NCBI GenBank assembly: GCA_963770565.1 | Contig: CAVYQE010000002.1 | Location: forward strand, 224,001 to 288,000 | DNA: 64,000 bases | Direction: 5' to 3' | Source of the DNA: an uncultured Actinomycetota bacterium | GTDB taxonomy: Bacteria > Actinomycetota > Actinomycetes > JAFAQI01 | In this document: positions 9,437-18,479 of the stretch, piece by piece | Numbering within the stretch: position 1 is the stretch's first letter | How the letters are laid out: each line of letters opens with the position of its first letter | The notes under the pieces: generated by a model | Databases searched by the model: none | What the model was told of the DNA's origin: nothing | What the model saw: only the letters and a program-made list of their open reading frames with translations | Translations under genes and position numbers: made by a program

Positions 9437-9880
9437 GTGGTGATGCGAACGGTGGGTAACCGGCATGCTGCCGAAGACGTCGAGGACCTCGCCACCTGGG
9501 TTCGCGGGCTCGGCGACTGCCCGCCCGTCACCCAAACGGCCTTCGCCGCCTGCCGCCACCCGGGGCACGGCGACGATCCCGCGAGCTGGTTCTACGTCGA
9601 GGCCGACGCCGAGGGCGGGGTGGCCCGGCTGCGTTGCCTGGCCGGTGGCCACGCCAATGACGTGCTCGACTCCGCCGAGCACTGGACCTACCCGGGGGTC
9701 TGGGCCTGCCGCGCCTGCGGCCAGTCGATCGCCGAGATTGTGTACGGCATCCACGACGAGGCCGGCACCGCCGCCTGGCTGATGATCGCAGCGCGTTGCG
9801 TCGAGTGCGGCGACGTCGCCGGGCTGACCGACTTCGTCCTGAACGACGTGCCGGTCGACAGCCTGCTCGCCCAGCTCTGA
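9437..9880 (+). CDS. Hypothetical Cys/His-rich (probable zinc-binding) protein
   Basis: GAGGAGG SD; CRHPGH, CLAG, CRAC, CVEC motifs. Confidence 0.75.
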   Translation: MVMRTVGNRHAAEDVEDLATWVRGLGDCPPVTQTAFAACRHPGHGDDPASWFYVEADAEGGVARLRCLAGGHANDVLDSAEHWTYPGVWACRACGQSIAEIVYGIHDEAGTAAWLMIAARCVECGDVAGLTDFVLNDVPVDSLLAQL

Positions 9881-9895
9881 AGCCCGAGCTGCTGC

Positions 9896-10270
9896 TCAGA
9901 TCTGGAGCGTGAAGCGGACCCAGCTCGGTCGGCCGCACGCCGGACAACGCATGTACGTCGGATAGTCGTGCTTCAGCACGCCGACCGCGTGGACCTCGGT
10001 GCCGTGACCGACCCGAAGCCCTAGGTGCAACGACGGGAACGCGGCCCGCAACGCCTGGCTCAGACCGAGCACCGTGCGGCCCTCGCAGCGCGAACACTCC
10101 ACCAGCGCCGACCCCACGCTCGGCGTCGGTGCCTCGGTGGCTGAGGAGAACAACACCCGCTTACCTTGCGCGTCATGCGCCGGCTCGGCCCCGAAGGCCG
10201 GCCGCGCCTGCGTTCGCGGCCGCAGCCGATCGAAGCTCGAACCCGGTCCGGCCGGGTGTGACGTCGTCAT
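9896..10270 (-). CDS. Hypothetical zinc-ribbon protein
   Basis: CSRC...CPAC; ATGA overlap with the upstream ParA stop. Confidence 0.75.
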   Translation of the reverse strand: MTTSHPAGPGSSFDRLRPRTQARPAFGAEPAHDAQGKRVLFSSATEAPTPSVGSALVECSRCEGRTVLGLSQALRAAFPSLHLGLRVGHGTEVHAVGVLKHDYPTYMRCPACGRPSWVRFTLQI

Positions 10271-11121
10271 GCCCGGTCACGAGCCGGTTCGGTGAGGTCG
10301 ATCTGCGGGCGTACGCCGGCCGCCGCCGCCGACAAGAACGCGAGCGCGTCCGCATCGTCGGGCAGCCCGGCCAGCCGACCGGCAAGAACCCGGTAGGCAA
10401 CCGCACCCGGCGTACGCCGAGCGGTCCGCATGATCGAGTGCCCGACCGCCGGCGCCTCGGCGAACCGGATGGATCGCGGGATCGGCGGGTCGATCACGTC
10501 GAGGCCGTAGCGAATCGCGACATCCGCGAGCACCGCGCGGGTGTGGTTGGTCCGCCCGTCGAACAACGTCGGCAGGACGCCCATCACGTGCAGCTGCGGA
10601 TTGGTCAGGCGCTGGACGTCGTGGACCGTGTCGAGCAGCTGACCGACGCCGCGGTGGGACAGGGTCTCGCACTGCAGCGGCACGATCACCTCGTCCGCCG
10701 CGGTCAGAGCGTTGAGGGTGAGCACCCCGAGGGTCGGGCCGCAGTCGATCAGGATGATGTCGTAGCGGTCCCGGACCTCGTCGAGGGCGTGGCGCAACAC
10801 ATACTCGCGACCCGTGCGAGTGAGCAGCATGGCCTCGCAGCCGGCCAGCTCGATCGTGGCCGGGAGCACGTCAGGCCCCTCCGCGGTCGGCAGCACCACC
10901 ATTCGCGCGGACACCCGGCCGAGCAGGACGTCGTGGATCGACAGGTCGAGCGATTCGGGATCGAGGCCGAGCGAGAAGGTGAGGCAGGCCTGCGGATCGA
11001 GATCGACCGCGAGCACCCGCTTGCCCAGCTCGGTCAGCGCGGTAGCCAGCGACGCAACCGTGGTCGTCTTGGCGACGCCGCCCTTCTGGTTGGCGACGGC
11101 GTACGTGCGGGCGATCGTCAC
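10267..11121 (-). CDS. ParA/Soj family ATPase (Rv3213c-like)
   Basis: ANQKGGVAKTTT deviant Walker A, DLDPQ, DCGP, PLQCE. Confidence 0.93.
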   Translation of the reverse strand: MTIARTYAVANQKGGVAKTTTVASLATALTELGKRVLAVDLDPQACLTFSLGLDPESLDLSIHDVLLGRVSARMVVLPTAEGPDVLPATIELAGCEAMLLTRTGREYVLRHALDEVRDRYDIILIDCGPTLGVLTLNALTAADEVIVPLQCETLSHRGVGQLLDTVHDVQRLTNPQLHVMGVLPTLFDGRTNHTRAVLADVAIRYGLDVIDPPIPRSIRFAEAPAVGHSIMRTARRTPGAVAYRVLAGRLAGLPDDADALAFLSAAAAGVRPQIDLTEPARDRA

Positions 11122-11258
11122 AGCTGGTCCTGCCCGGTCTCGACGCGACCCCCGACGCCGTACAGCGCCTGAGCCGATGCGCTCCCAAGGCTAGCGGGTA
11201 GCCTGCCCGCCGTGGTCGGCCAACGTCTCAGCCCCCGCCCGGCACCGGGAAGGCCGCA

Positions 11259-12137
11259 ATGAGTGTGCCGCGCCACCTCGATCTGGCGCCCGAGCTGTCC
11301 GCAACGCGCGTGACGGCTGCGTCCGGTGAGCTCGCCGCGCTGGTCGCGACTCCACCCGATGACGTCGTACGACGACCGGCGGTCCTCGCCGTACCCGGCT
11401 ACACCGGCAGCAAGGAGGACTTCCTGCACCTGCTGCCGCTGCTCGCGCGGATCGGCCATCCGGTGATCGCGATCGACCTGCGCGGGCAGCACGAGTCCGG
11501 CGGGCCCGAGGACGTGGACGCCTACACGATCGACGCGCTCGGCGCGGACATCGCCTCGCTGCTCCACGCCGGTGAACCCATGCACGTGCTCGCACACTCC
11601 TTCGGCGGGCTGGTCTGCCGCGCCGCCGTGCTGGCCGGTGCGCCGGTCCTGTCGCTGACCCTGCTCGGCTCCGGGCCGGGCGCGCTCGGCGGCAACCGTG
11701 GCCTGCTGATCGAGCTGATGCAGCCGCTGCTGGCCGAAGGCGGCGTCCCTGCGGTGTGGGAGGCCTCCCAGGCGATCAGCGCGGCCGACCCGAAGTCCGC
11801 CGATGTGCCGCCGGAGGTGCAGGAGTTCGTGCGCCGGCGCTTCCTGGCCGCGCCGGACGCCGCGATGCTGGGCATGGGTACGGCGCTGATCACGGCCACC
11901 GATCAGGTCGAGGAGCTGCGCGAGCTCGCGCTGCCGATCCTCGTGGCGCACGGCGAGGCGGACGACGCGTGGACCCCTGCCGAGCAGCGCGACATGGCCG
12001 AGCGGCTCGGCGCGCGCTATCACGTGTTCGAGGCGGCCGGCCATTCGCCCGCGGTCGACGTACCCGAGGCAACCGCAGAGCTCCTCGAAACCTTCTGGTC
12101 GTCGCTCAGCAATGTCACATTGCCCAGGGAAACCTAG
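11259..12137 (+). CDS. Alpha/beta fold hydrolase
   Basis: VPGYTGSKEDF, DLRGQHES, AHSFGG nucleophile, GEADD, AGHSP. Confidence 0.9.
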   Translation: MSVPRHLDLAPELSATRVTAASGELAALVATPPDDVVRRPAVLAVPGYTGSKEDFLHLLPLLARIGHPVIAIDLRGQHESGGPEDVDAYTIDALGADIASLLHAGEPMHVLAHSFGGLVCRAAVLAGAPVLSLTLLGSGPGALGGNRGLLIELMQPLLAEGGVPAVWEASQAISAADPKSADVPPEVQEFVRRRFLAAPDAAMLGMGTALITATDQVEELRELALPILVAHGEADDAWTPAEQRDMAERLGARYHVFEAAGHSPAVDVPEATAELLETFWSSLSNVTLPRET

Positions 12138-12185
12138 GGGTGCAGTCACATTGCCCCCACGAAGTGGTGGGCAATGTGACATTGC
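12109..12185. repeat. REP-like 77-bp palindromic repeat family A, copy 1 (inverted relative to copies 2 and 3)
   Basis: Terminal GCAATGT(C/G)ACATTGC palindromes plus internal CCCCCACGAAGTG; the reverse complement aligns to 51624-51700 and 57232-57308. Confidence 0.85.
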
Positions 12186-12191
12186 TTGGAG

Positions 12192-13064
12192 CTAGTCGAG
12201 GAGGTCGTCGACGGTTGAGCTGATCTCGCTCGGCAGGCCGGCCCACGGCATGACCCGCTGCGGCGTTGCGGCCTGGCCGTCAGGACAGTGCGCGCGGTAG
12301 TCACACCACCCGCAGAGCTGGCCGGGCCGGGTGGGGAACGCGTCATCGCCGTCGCCGGCCGCCTCACGCGCGACCGCCGCGGCGACCTCGTCGGCGATCT
12401 CCTCGGCCCGGCCGAGATGGCGGGCGAGGGTCTCGTCCGTGTGCTCCCAGCTCACCACCTCGCCGCTCGGCAGGTGGTGCAGCTCGACCCGATGGCACGG
12501 CCGCCGCATCGTGCGTGCGGCCGCCAACGCGTAGAGCGCCAGGGCCAGCGAACCCCTCGCGTCATCGGTCGTCAGGATGTGGCGGCCGGTCTTGTAGTCG
12601 ACGACGACCAGCTCCTCGCCGCGCCGGTCGAGCCGGTCGATCCGCCCCGAAGCGGCCAGCCGATCGGTCTTGAGCGCTACGGTTCGCTCCACCCCGAGCG
12701 GCTCGTCGGCCGGGTCGAGCCGGGCGGCGTAGCGGGTCACCATGTCCGCCGCGCGCTCCCGCCATTCATCGGCCTGCTCCTCGTCGCGGAAACCCAGCGG
12801 TGACCACTTCTCCCGGACCAGCCCACCAGCCGCCGCGGGGGTCCGCCCGGCCTCGGGGAGCGACCACCAGGTGGCCAGCGCGACGTGCGCCGCGGCACCC
12901 ACGCTGTTGTGCGCCCACGGCGGCCCCTTCGGCGGCGGCGGCCGGTCGACATAGGTGAACCGGTAACGCCGCGGGCAGTCCAACCAGGCGGCCAGCCTGG
13001 ACGGAGTACAGGTGAACAGACGGCGTGGCAGGACCACGTCGAGCTCGCCCTGGCGATCCGTCAC
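12192..13064 (-). CDS. PD-(D/E)XK nuclease family protein (RecB/AddB-like, 4-Cys)
   Basis: TPSRL..WLDCPRRY, GRIDRLD, VVVDYKTG, CGWCDYRAHC. Confidence 0.9.
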   Translation of the reverse strand: MTDRQGELDVVLPRRLFTCTPSRLAAWLDCPRRYRFTYVDRPPPPKGPPWAHNSVGAAAHVALATWWSLPEAGRTPAAAGGLVREKWSPLGFRDEEQADEWRERAADMVTRYAARLDPADEPLGVERTVALKTDRLAASGRIDRLDRRGEELVVVDYKTGRHILTTDDARGSLALALYALAAARTMRRPCHRVELHHLPSGEVVSWEHTDETLARHLGRAEEIADEVAAAVAREAAGDGDDAFPTRPGQLCGWCDYRAHCPDGQAATPQRVMPWAGLPSEISSTVDDLLD

Positions 13065-13130
13065 CCGACCAGTGTCGTCGCCGGCAACGACAGCGTCAGC
13101 CCGCGACGCGCAGCTGTGGAGGCGGAACCG

Positions 13131-13775
13131 TCAGCTCGCCTCGGGCAACGTCGACAAGCGCGGCGAGAGTGAGCCGAAGGCGATGCCGATATCGATGAGG
13201 CCGTCACGCAGGTCGGTCAGCGCCACGTCGTCGTACATGAGCACTCCGGCGGTCGCCGGCCAGACCACCGCCCACAGCCACTGTCCCTTCGCCTCGCCGA
13301 CGAAGGTGGCCCGGTCGTGGCCGCCGGGCACGCTCCACATCGCGGTCGGGTGGTTGGCGGCGAGCACCCTGGCGTCCGGGTGACCGGTGTCGAAGCCGAC
13401 GCCGGGGTCGGCCTGCCCGAACCCGGCGTACCTCGCGCCGAGCCCGACCCCCGGCTCCTCGGCCACGATCATCAGCTCGGCCGCGCCACCGAGCGGGCTC
13501 GGCCCGGTCAGGCAGGTGACCGTGGCGCACGCCCCGGTGCGCTCGTCGCCGGCGTACGCCACTCCGCTGCACACCCATCCGCGCGGAAGCGGACTGGGCA
13601 TCCACAGCGGAACGACCGCGCGGCCCACCACGTGCTCGACCGCGTCGAGGCCGATGTGCGACAGCACCATGTACGGGTGCACGACGCCGTGGCGCGGGCA
13701 CTCCCAGGCGCTCGACCACAACCCCGGCGGGCGCAGGTCGTTGCCGCACCGAGGACACATCGGGTCCTGATGCAC
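13131..13775 (-). CDS. DUF6758-like conserved actinobacterial protein
   Basis: CPRC...WECPRHG, PLWMPSPLPRGW, AEEPGVGLGARYAG, GEAKGQWLW; leaderless promoter TTGACG-N17-CAGCGT ends 6 nt before GTG 13775. Confidence 0.8.
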   Translation of the reverse strand: MHQDPMCPRCGNDLRPPGLWSSAWECPRHGVVHPYMVLSHIGLDAVEHVVGRAVVPLWMPSPLPRGWVCSGVAYAGDERTGACATVTCLTGPSPLGGAAELMIVAEEPGVGLGARYAGFGQADPGVGFDTGHPDARVLAANHPTAMWSVPGGHDRATFVGEAKGQWLWAVVWPATAGVLMYDDVALTDLRDGLIDIGIAFGSLSPRLSTLPEAS

Positions 13776-13958
13776 AACGTCACGCTGAGCCGTGCAAGGC
13801 GCCACGTCAATAGGCCAGCCGCGTCAACTCATGGCCGAGCGTCGGCCGACTGTAGGACCCGCGCGAGGCGAACGCGCGAGATGGTGCGCTTTGCAGCGGA
13901 TCGCCCACCTCCGCGACTACGCTTCGCGTACCGCTGGGCATACCACTAGGGAGGGGTA

Positions 13959-14363
13959 CTGAGCCGTTTCGTCCGACCGGGACCGGCCACCCGGGTCATC
14001 TGCGCCGGTGCCGTGATCCGCGACGACAACGGCCGGCTGCTCATGGTGCGCCGTGGGGTCGAACCCGCCCGCGGCACCTGGTCGCTCCCCGGCGGGCGGG
14101 TGGAGCCCGGCGAGACACTCGAGGCGGCGGCCGCACGCGAGGTGCTCGAGGAGACCGGCCTGATGGTCTCGGTCGGCGAGCTGATCGCGACCGTCGACGT
14201 GATGGGTTACACCGTGCACGACTTCGCAGCAACGGCGACGGGCGGCACCCTCGCGGCCGGCGACGACGCGAGCGACGTGCGGTGGTGCACGCCCGAGGAG
14301 GTCGCGACGATGACGCTGTCACCGGGCCTGCTCGACGAGCTACGCCGGATGCGGGTCCTCTGA
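13959..14363 (+). CDS. NUDIX hydrolase (start codon uncertain, possibly non-canonical)
   Basis: Nudix box GGRVEPGETLEAAAAREVLEETGL; the first strand RVICAGAV begins upstream of the first canonical start (GTG 14013). Confidence 0.85.
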   Translation: MSRFVRPGPATRVICAGAVIRDDNGRLLMVRRGVEPARGTWSLPGGRVEPGETLEAAAAREVLEETGLMVSVGELIATVDVMGYTVHDFAATATGGTLAAGDDASDVRWCTPEEVATMTLSPGLLDELRRMRVL

Positions 14364-14840
14364 CCCGTTAGCCACCGGCAGTACGACAGTGCAGAACGCA
14401 CACCGGGTCGCGTCGTACGGGATCGAGCTCTTGCACTCGGGGCAGACCTTCGTCTCGCTGTCGGTGCCGGTCGCCGGCTTGAACCTGGTCATCAAGTGGT
14501 TCACCGGCCGCACCACGAAGTAGTAGACGACGATGCCGATCAGCACCAGCGAGACCAGCGAGTTCAGGAAGTCGCCGTAGAGGAACTTGGAACCGCCGAC
14601 CTGCCAGTAGCGGGTCGAGAAATCCGAAGCCTTGCCGAGCGGGATCCCGACCAGCGGCGTGATGAAGTCGTTGACCAGCGACTTGACCACCGCGGTGAAC
14701 GCGGTGCCGATCACGATGCCGACCGCAAGGTCCACGACGCTGCCGCGCAGAACGAAGGTGCGGAAGCCCGACAGGTCGAGCCGGCGCGAGCCGCTGCGGA
14801 CGAGGTCTTCGAGCCGGTCGATGGGGTCGCGGTCACTCAT
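14340..14840 (-). CDS. mscL: Large-conductance mechanosensitive channel with C-terminal zinc ribbon
   Basis: GFRTFVLRGSVVDLAVGIVIGTAFTAVV, YGDFLNSLV; tail CPEC...RCAFC. Confidence 0.9.
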   Translation of the reverse strand: MSDRDPIDRLEDLVRSGSRRLDLSGFRTFVLRGSVVDLAVGIVIGTAFTAVVKSLVNDFITPLVGIPLGKASDFSTRYWQVGGSKFLYGDFLNSLVSLVLIGIVVYYFVVRPVNHLMTRFKPATGTDSETKVCPECKSSIPYDATRCAFCTVVLPVANGSEDPHPA

Positions 14841-14859
14841 GACCCGATCAGTACCCCTT

Positions 14860-14924
14860 GATCTTCGCCGTCGAGACCAGATCTGGGGCGACACGCCGAA
14901 AAAGTGGTCGCGCCGGCGAAGATC
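14860..14924. repeat. REP-like palindromic repeat family B, copy 2
   Basis: GATCTTCGCCG..GAGACCA...ACACGCCG...AAGTGGTCGC..CGGCGAAGATC. Confidence 0.7.
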
Positions 14925-14931
14925 GGCCCGG

Positions 14932-15783
14932 CTACGGGCGGCGGATGTGTCCTTCGCCGATCGGCACGACCGACCCGCTCACCCGGCCCTCGACCGCGAC
15001 GCCGCCTTCGCACCGCACCTCGCACGACAGCCGCGACGGCCGGCCCATCTCCTCACCCTGGTTGACGACGTACGACGTCACCCCGTCGGCCGCCACCCGG
15101 CCGCAGGCCGCGAGCCACACGCCGAGACCGAGCGCCGCCGATCCAGTCGCGGGGTCCTCGGCCACGTCGGCCGCGAACATCCGTGCGTGCACGACGTGAT
15201 CGGCGTCGGAGAAGACGAGCACGCCGGTCGCACCGTCGAGGTTGCGCAGGCCGGTGAAGTCGGGTGCCGACCGGGCGACCGCGTCCGGTCGCACATGCAG
15301 GTAACCGAAGTTGATGCCCATGCCGCAGAACCGGACCGGGTCACCGACCATGTCATCGAGGCTCAGCCCGGCCGCGTTGAGCGCGGCGGAGGGATCGACC
15401 ACGTCACCGAGCGACGGCTTGCCGCCGGTCAACCGCACGGACTCGCCGTCGAGCACGAGCGGCAGAAGGCCGGCGCCGCACTCCTGCACGAGATCGCCGT
15501 CGGACACGCGGCCGATCGACCGCATCACCCACGCGGCACCGACCGACGGATGGCCGGCAAACGGCAACTCGGATCCGGGCGTGAAGATCCGCAACCGGTA
15601 GTCCGCCTCCGGCGTGGTCGCCGCCATCGGAAACACCGTCTCCGACAGGTTGAACTCGGCCGCGATCCGCTGCATCTGCTCGGTGGTCAGGTCCTCACCG
15701 TCGAGCACCACGGCGAGCGGATTGCCGGCGAAGGCCTGATCAGTGAAGACGTCCACCAGCCGGTACGGCAGTAGCTCGCTCAT
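14932..15783 (-). CDS. PhzF family isomerase/epimerase
   Basis: VDVFTDQAFAGNPLAVV, EFNLSETVF, RIFTPGSELPFAGHP, EDPATGSA, QGEEMGRPS. Confidence 0.93.
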   Translation of the reverse strand: MSELLPYRLVDVFTDQAFAGNPLAVVLDGEDLTTEQMQRIAAEFNLSETVFPMAATTPEADYRLRIFTPGSELPFAGHPSVGAAWVMRSIGRVSDGDLVQECGAGLLPLVLDGESVRLTGGKPSLGDVVDPSAALNAAGLSLDDMVGDPVRFCGMGINFGYLHVRPDAVARSAPDFTGLRNLDGATGVLVFSDADHVVHARMFAADVAEDPATGSAALGLGVWLAACGRVAADGVTSYVVNQGEEMGRPSRLSCEVRCEGGVAVEGRVSGSVVPIGEGHIRRP

Positions 15784-16541
15784 GTGATCGTCACCCCTCC
15801 GTCGACGACGATGGTCTGACCGGTCACGTAGCCGGCCGCGTCGGACACCAGCCAGACGAGTGTTGCGGCCAGCTCCTCGGACTGGCCGAGCCGGCCGCTC
15901 ACGACCCGCGGGCTCATCATCTCCAGGTAGCTGGGGTCGTACTGATCGGTCATCTCGGTCGCGAAGAACCCGGGTGCGATGCAGTTGACCCGAATCCCCT
16001 TGCGAACGGTCCACTGCTGAGCCAGGTCACGGGTGAGTCCCATCAGGCCGGCCTTTGACGCGGAGTATGCGGCTTGGGGAAGACCACCTGTGGTGAGGCC
16101 GATCACGCTGCCGATGTTGACGATCGTGCCGCTCCCGGCGGCGGCGCGGGCGAAGGCCTGTGCCATCCAGTAGCAGCCGTTGAGGTTGATGTCGATGACC
16201 GAACGGAACTGCTCGGGTGTCTCGCGGGTGGCCGGCACCGCGGTGCCGACTCCGGCGTTGTTGACCAGGATGTCCACCGCACCGAGCTGCTCGACCGCGG
16301 CTGCGACGAGTGCCTCGCAGTCCTCCGGGCGTGAGACGTCGGTCGCGACCGCGATCGCCCGCCGACCGAGCCCTGTCACCATCTCGCGGGTCTGCTCCAG
16401 TCGGTCGACCCGGCGCGCGCCGAGTGCAACATCGGCACCGGCCTCGGCGAGCGCACGCGCGAAGGCCACCCCCAAACCGGACGACGCACCGGTGACGACC
16501 GCGACCTTGCCGTCGAGCCGAAACATGTCGAGGACACTCAT
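15780..16541 (-). CDS. SDR family oxidoreductase
   Basis: TGASSGLG, NNAG, YSASK. Confidence 0.93.
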   Translation of the reverse strand: MSVLDMFRLDGKVAVVTGASSGLGVAFARALAEAGADVALGARRVDRLEQTREMVTGLGRRAIAVATDVSRPEDCEALVAAAVEQLGAVDILVNNAGVGTAVPATRETPEQFRSVIDINLNGCYWMAQAFARAAAGSGTIVNIGSVIGLTTGGLPQAAYSASKAGLMGLTRDLAQQWTVRKGIRVNCIAPGFFATEMTDQYDPSYLEMMSPRVVSGRLGQSEELAATLVWLVSDAAGYVTGQTIVVDGGVTIT

Positions 16542-16637
16542 GCTGGCCGACGATAGTGCCCGTCAGCCGCGGCTGATCACCGTGGTGGCCCGCCAACGTC
16601 CCAGATCCAGAGCACTTCCAGCGGTAATCTCCGAATC

Positions 16638-17903
16638 ATGGCGACCGGCACGGCGACGCGGATCTTCCTGGCGCGACTTGCCGGGTTGACCGTGCTCGAC
16701 CCCAATGCCGACCAAGTCGGCCGGATCCGCGACGTCGTCATCACGCTGCGCAGCGGTCATCAGCCGCCGCGAGTGCTCGGCATCGTGGTCGAGGTGCAGC
16801 CGCGCCGGCGGGTCTTCGTCCCGATCGGGCATGTCACCAGCATCGATGCCGACGCCGTCATCGTGCGCGGGCGGATCAACCTGCGCCGGTTCGAGCGCCG
16901 GGCCGAAGAGACCCTCGTCATCACCGAGCTGCTCGACCGCAAGGTGACCCTGGTGGAGGACGGCAGCCAGGTGCTCGTGGTCGACGTAGCGATGGACCAG
17001 AGCCGCACCCGGGACTGGTTCATCACCCGGGTCGCGGTACGGCCGACCGGCGGCTTCCGGCGGCGGGGCCAGCTGACCGTCGTGCACTGGGATGCGGTGA
17101 CCGGCTTCGCGCACGCTGAGGCCGACCAGGGCGCCGCCAACCTGCTGGCCGCCTTCGACCAGCTCCGCGCGCCGGACCTCGCCCACGTGCTGCACGAGCT
17201 GTCCGAAAAGCGGCGCGCTGAGGTGGTCGCTGCGCTCGACGACGAGCGGCTTGCCGACGTACTGGAGGAGCTGCCCGAAGACGACCAGGTCGAGATCCTC
17301 GCGACGCTGGCCGGCGAGCGCGCCGCCGACGTGCTCGAGGCGATGGCGCCCGACGATGCCGCCGACCTGCTCGGGGAGCTGCCGCCGGAGGAGGCCGAGC
17401 GGTTGCTGGCGTTGATGGAGCCGGGTGAGGCCGGTCCGGTCCGCCGCCTACTCACCTACTCCGAGAACACCGCCGGAGGCATGATGACCAGCGAGCCGGT
17501 GATCCTCTCGCCGGATTCCACCGTGGCCGAAGCCCTTGCCCGGGTCCGGGATCCGGAGATCTCGCCGGCCTTGGCGGCGCAGATCTACGTCTGCCGGCCG
17601 CCGACCGAAACTCCCACCGGAAAGTACGTCGGCATCGTCCACATCCAGCGGCTGCTGCGCGAGCCGCCGTCGTCCCTCGTGTCCGGAGTCGTCGACACCC
17701 AGATCGACCCGCTGAGCCCGGACTGCCCGCTGCCCGAGGTCACCGCGCACCTGGCCACCTACAACCTGGTCGCGATCCCGGTCGTCGACGACGCCGACCA
17801 CCTCCTCGGCGCGGTGACGGTCGACGACGTACTGGACCACTTGCTTCCGCCGGACTGGCGCGAGCGACCCACCGGTGAGGTCGGAGCCACCGATGGCTCG
17901 TAG
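16638..17903 (+). CDS. MgtE N-terminal/CBS domain protein (Rv1232c-like)
   Basis: PRC-like N-terminus, DERLADVLEELPEDDQ helical repeats, TAGGMMTSEP and GAVTVDDVLD CBS motifs. Confidence 0.9.
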   Translation: MATGTATRIFLARLAGLTVLDPNADQVGRIRDVVITLRSGHQPPRVLGIVVEVQPRRRVFVPIGHVTSIDADAVIVRGRINLRRFERRAEETLVITELLDRKVTLVEDGSQVLVVDVAMDQSRTRDWFITRVAVRPTGGFRRRGQLTVVHWDAVTGFAHAEADQGAANLLAAFDQLRAPDLAHVLHELSEKRRAEVVAALDDERLADVLEELPEDDQVEILATLAGERAADVLEAMAPDDAADLLGELPPEEAERLLALMEPGEAGPVRRLLTYSENTAGGMMTSEPVILSPDSTVAEALARVRDPEISPALAAQIYVCRPPTETPTGKYVGIVHIQRLLREPPSSLVSGVVDTQIDPLSPDCPLPEVTAHLATYNLVAIPVVDDADHLLGAVTVDDVLDHLLPPDWRERPTGEVGATDGS

Positions 17904-18417
17904 CGAAACTCGCAGCGAGAGCCGGCGGCCGCGCCTGGACCAGCCGCAGAACGCCCGGCGCAGCATCGGTCTGCCGCGCTACAACCCCGAGTCGATGGGC
18001 CGGATCTCGGAGCGGGTCGCGCGCTTCCTCGGCACCTGGCGCTTCATCGGCTACATGACGTTGTTCATCGTGATCTGGATCCTGTACAACCTGGTGGCTC
18101 CGAACGGCGTGCGGTTCGACGAATTCAGCAACAAGTTCACCCTGCTGACCCTGCTGCTCTCCCTGCAGGCGTCGTACGCCGCACCGCTGATCCTGCTCGC
18201 CCAGAACCGGCAGGCCGACCGCGACCGCGTGCAGTACGAACAGGACCGCGCCCTCAACGAACGCACTGTCGCGGACACCGAATACCTCGCCCGGGAGATC
18301 GCCTCGGTGCGGGTCTCGCTCGGCGAGGTCGCCACCCGCGACTTCCTTCGGGGCGAGCTGCAGCGTTTCATCGAGGAGATCGCTCCCGACGCTCAGGAAT
18401 CGGCCGCTCCCGAGTAA
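17893..18417 (+). CDS. DUF1003 membrane protein
   Basis: ERVARFLGTWRF, LSLQASYAAPLILLAQNRQ. Confidence 0.92.
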   Translation: MARSETRSESRRPRLDQPQNARRSIGLPRYNPESMGRISERVARFLGTWRFIGYMTLFIVIWILYNLVAPNGVRFDEFSNKFTLLTLLLSLQASYAAPLILLAQNRQADRDRVQYEQDRALNERTVADTEYLAREIASVRVSLGEVATRDFLRGELQRFIEEIAPDAQESAAPE

Positions 18418-18479
18418 TCAGCGCCGATCGCACGACGCCGGATCGAGCCGCCGCGCACGCGACATACCCTTGACTCACG

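Noticed and set aside
12192-13064. Cas4-like 4-Cys PD-(D/E)XK nuclease as evidence of CRISPR or defence
   Set aside because: No array or cas genes are present; stand-alone RecB-like nucleases occur in this conserved actinobacterial region.
14932-15783. PhzF as a phenazine biosynthesis cluster
   Set aside because: Lone PhzF-family gene with no phzA/B/D/E/G.
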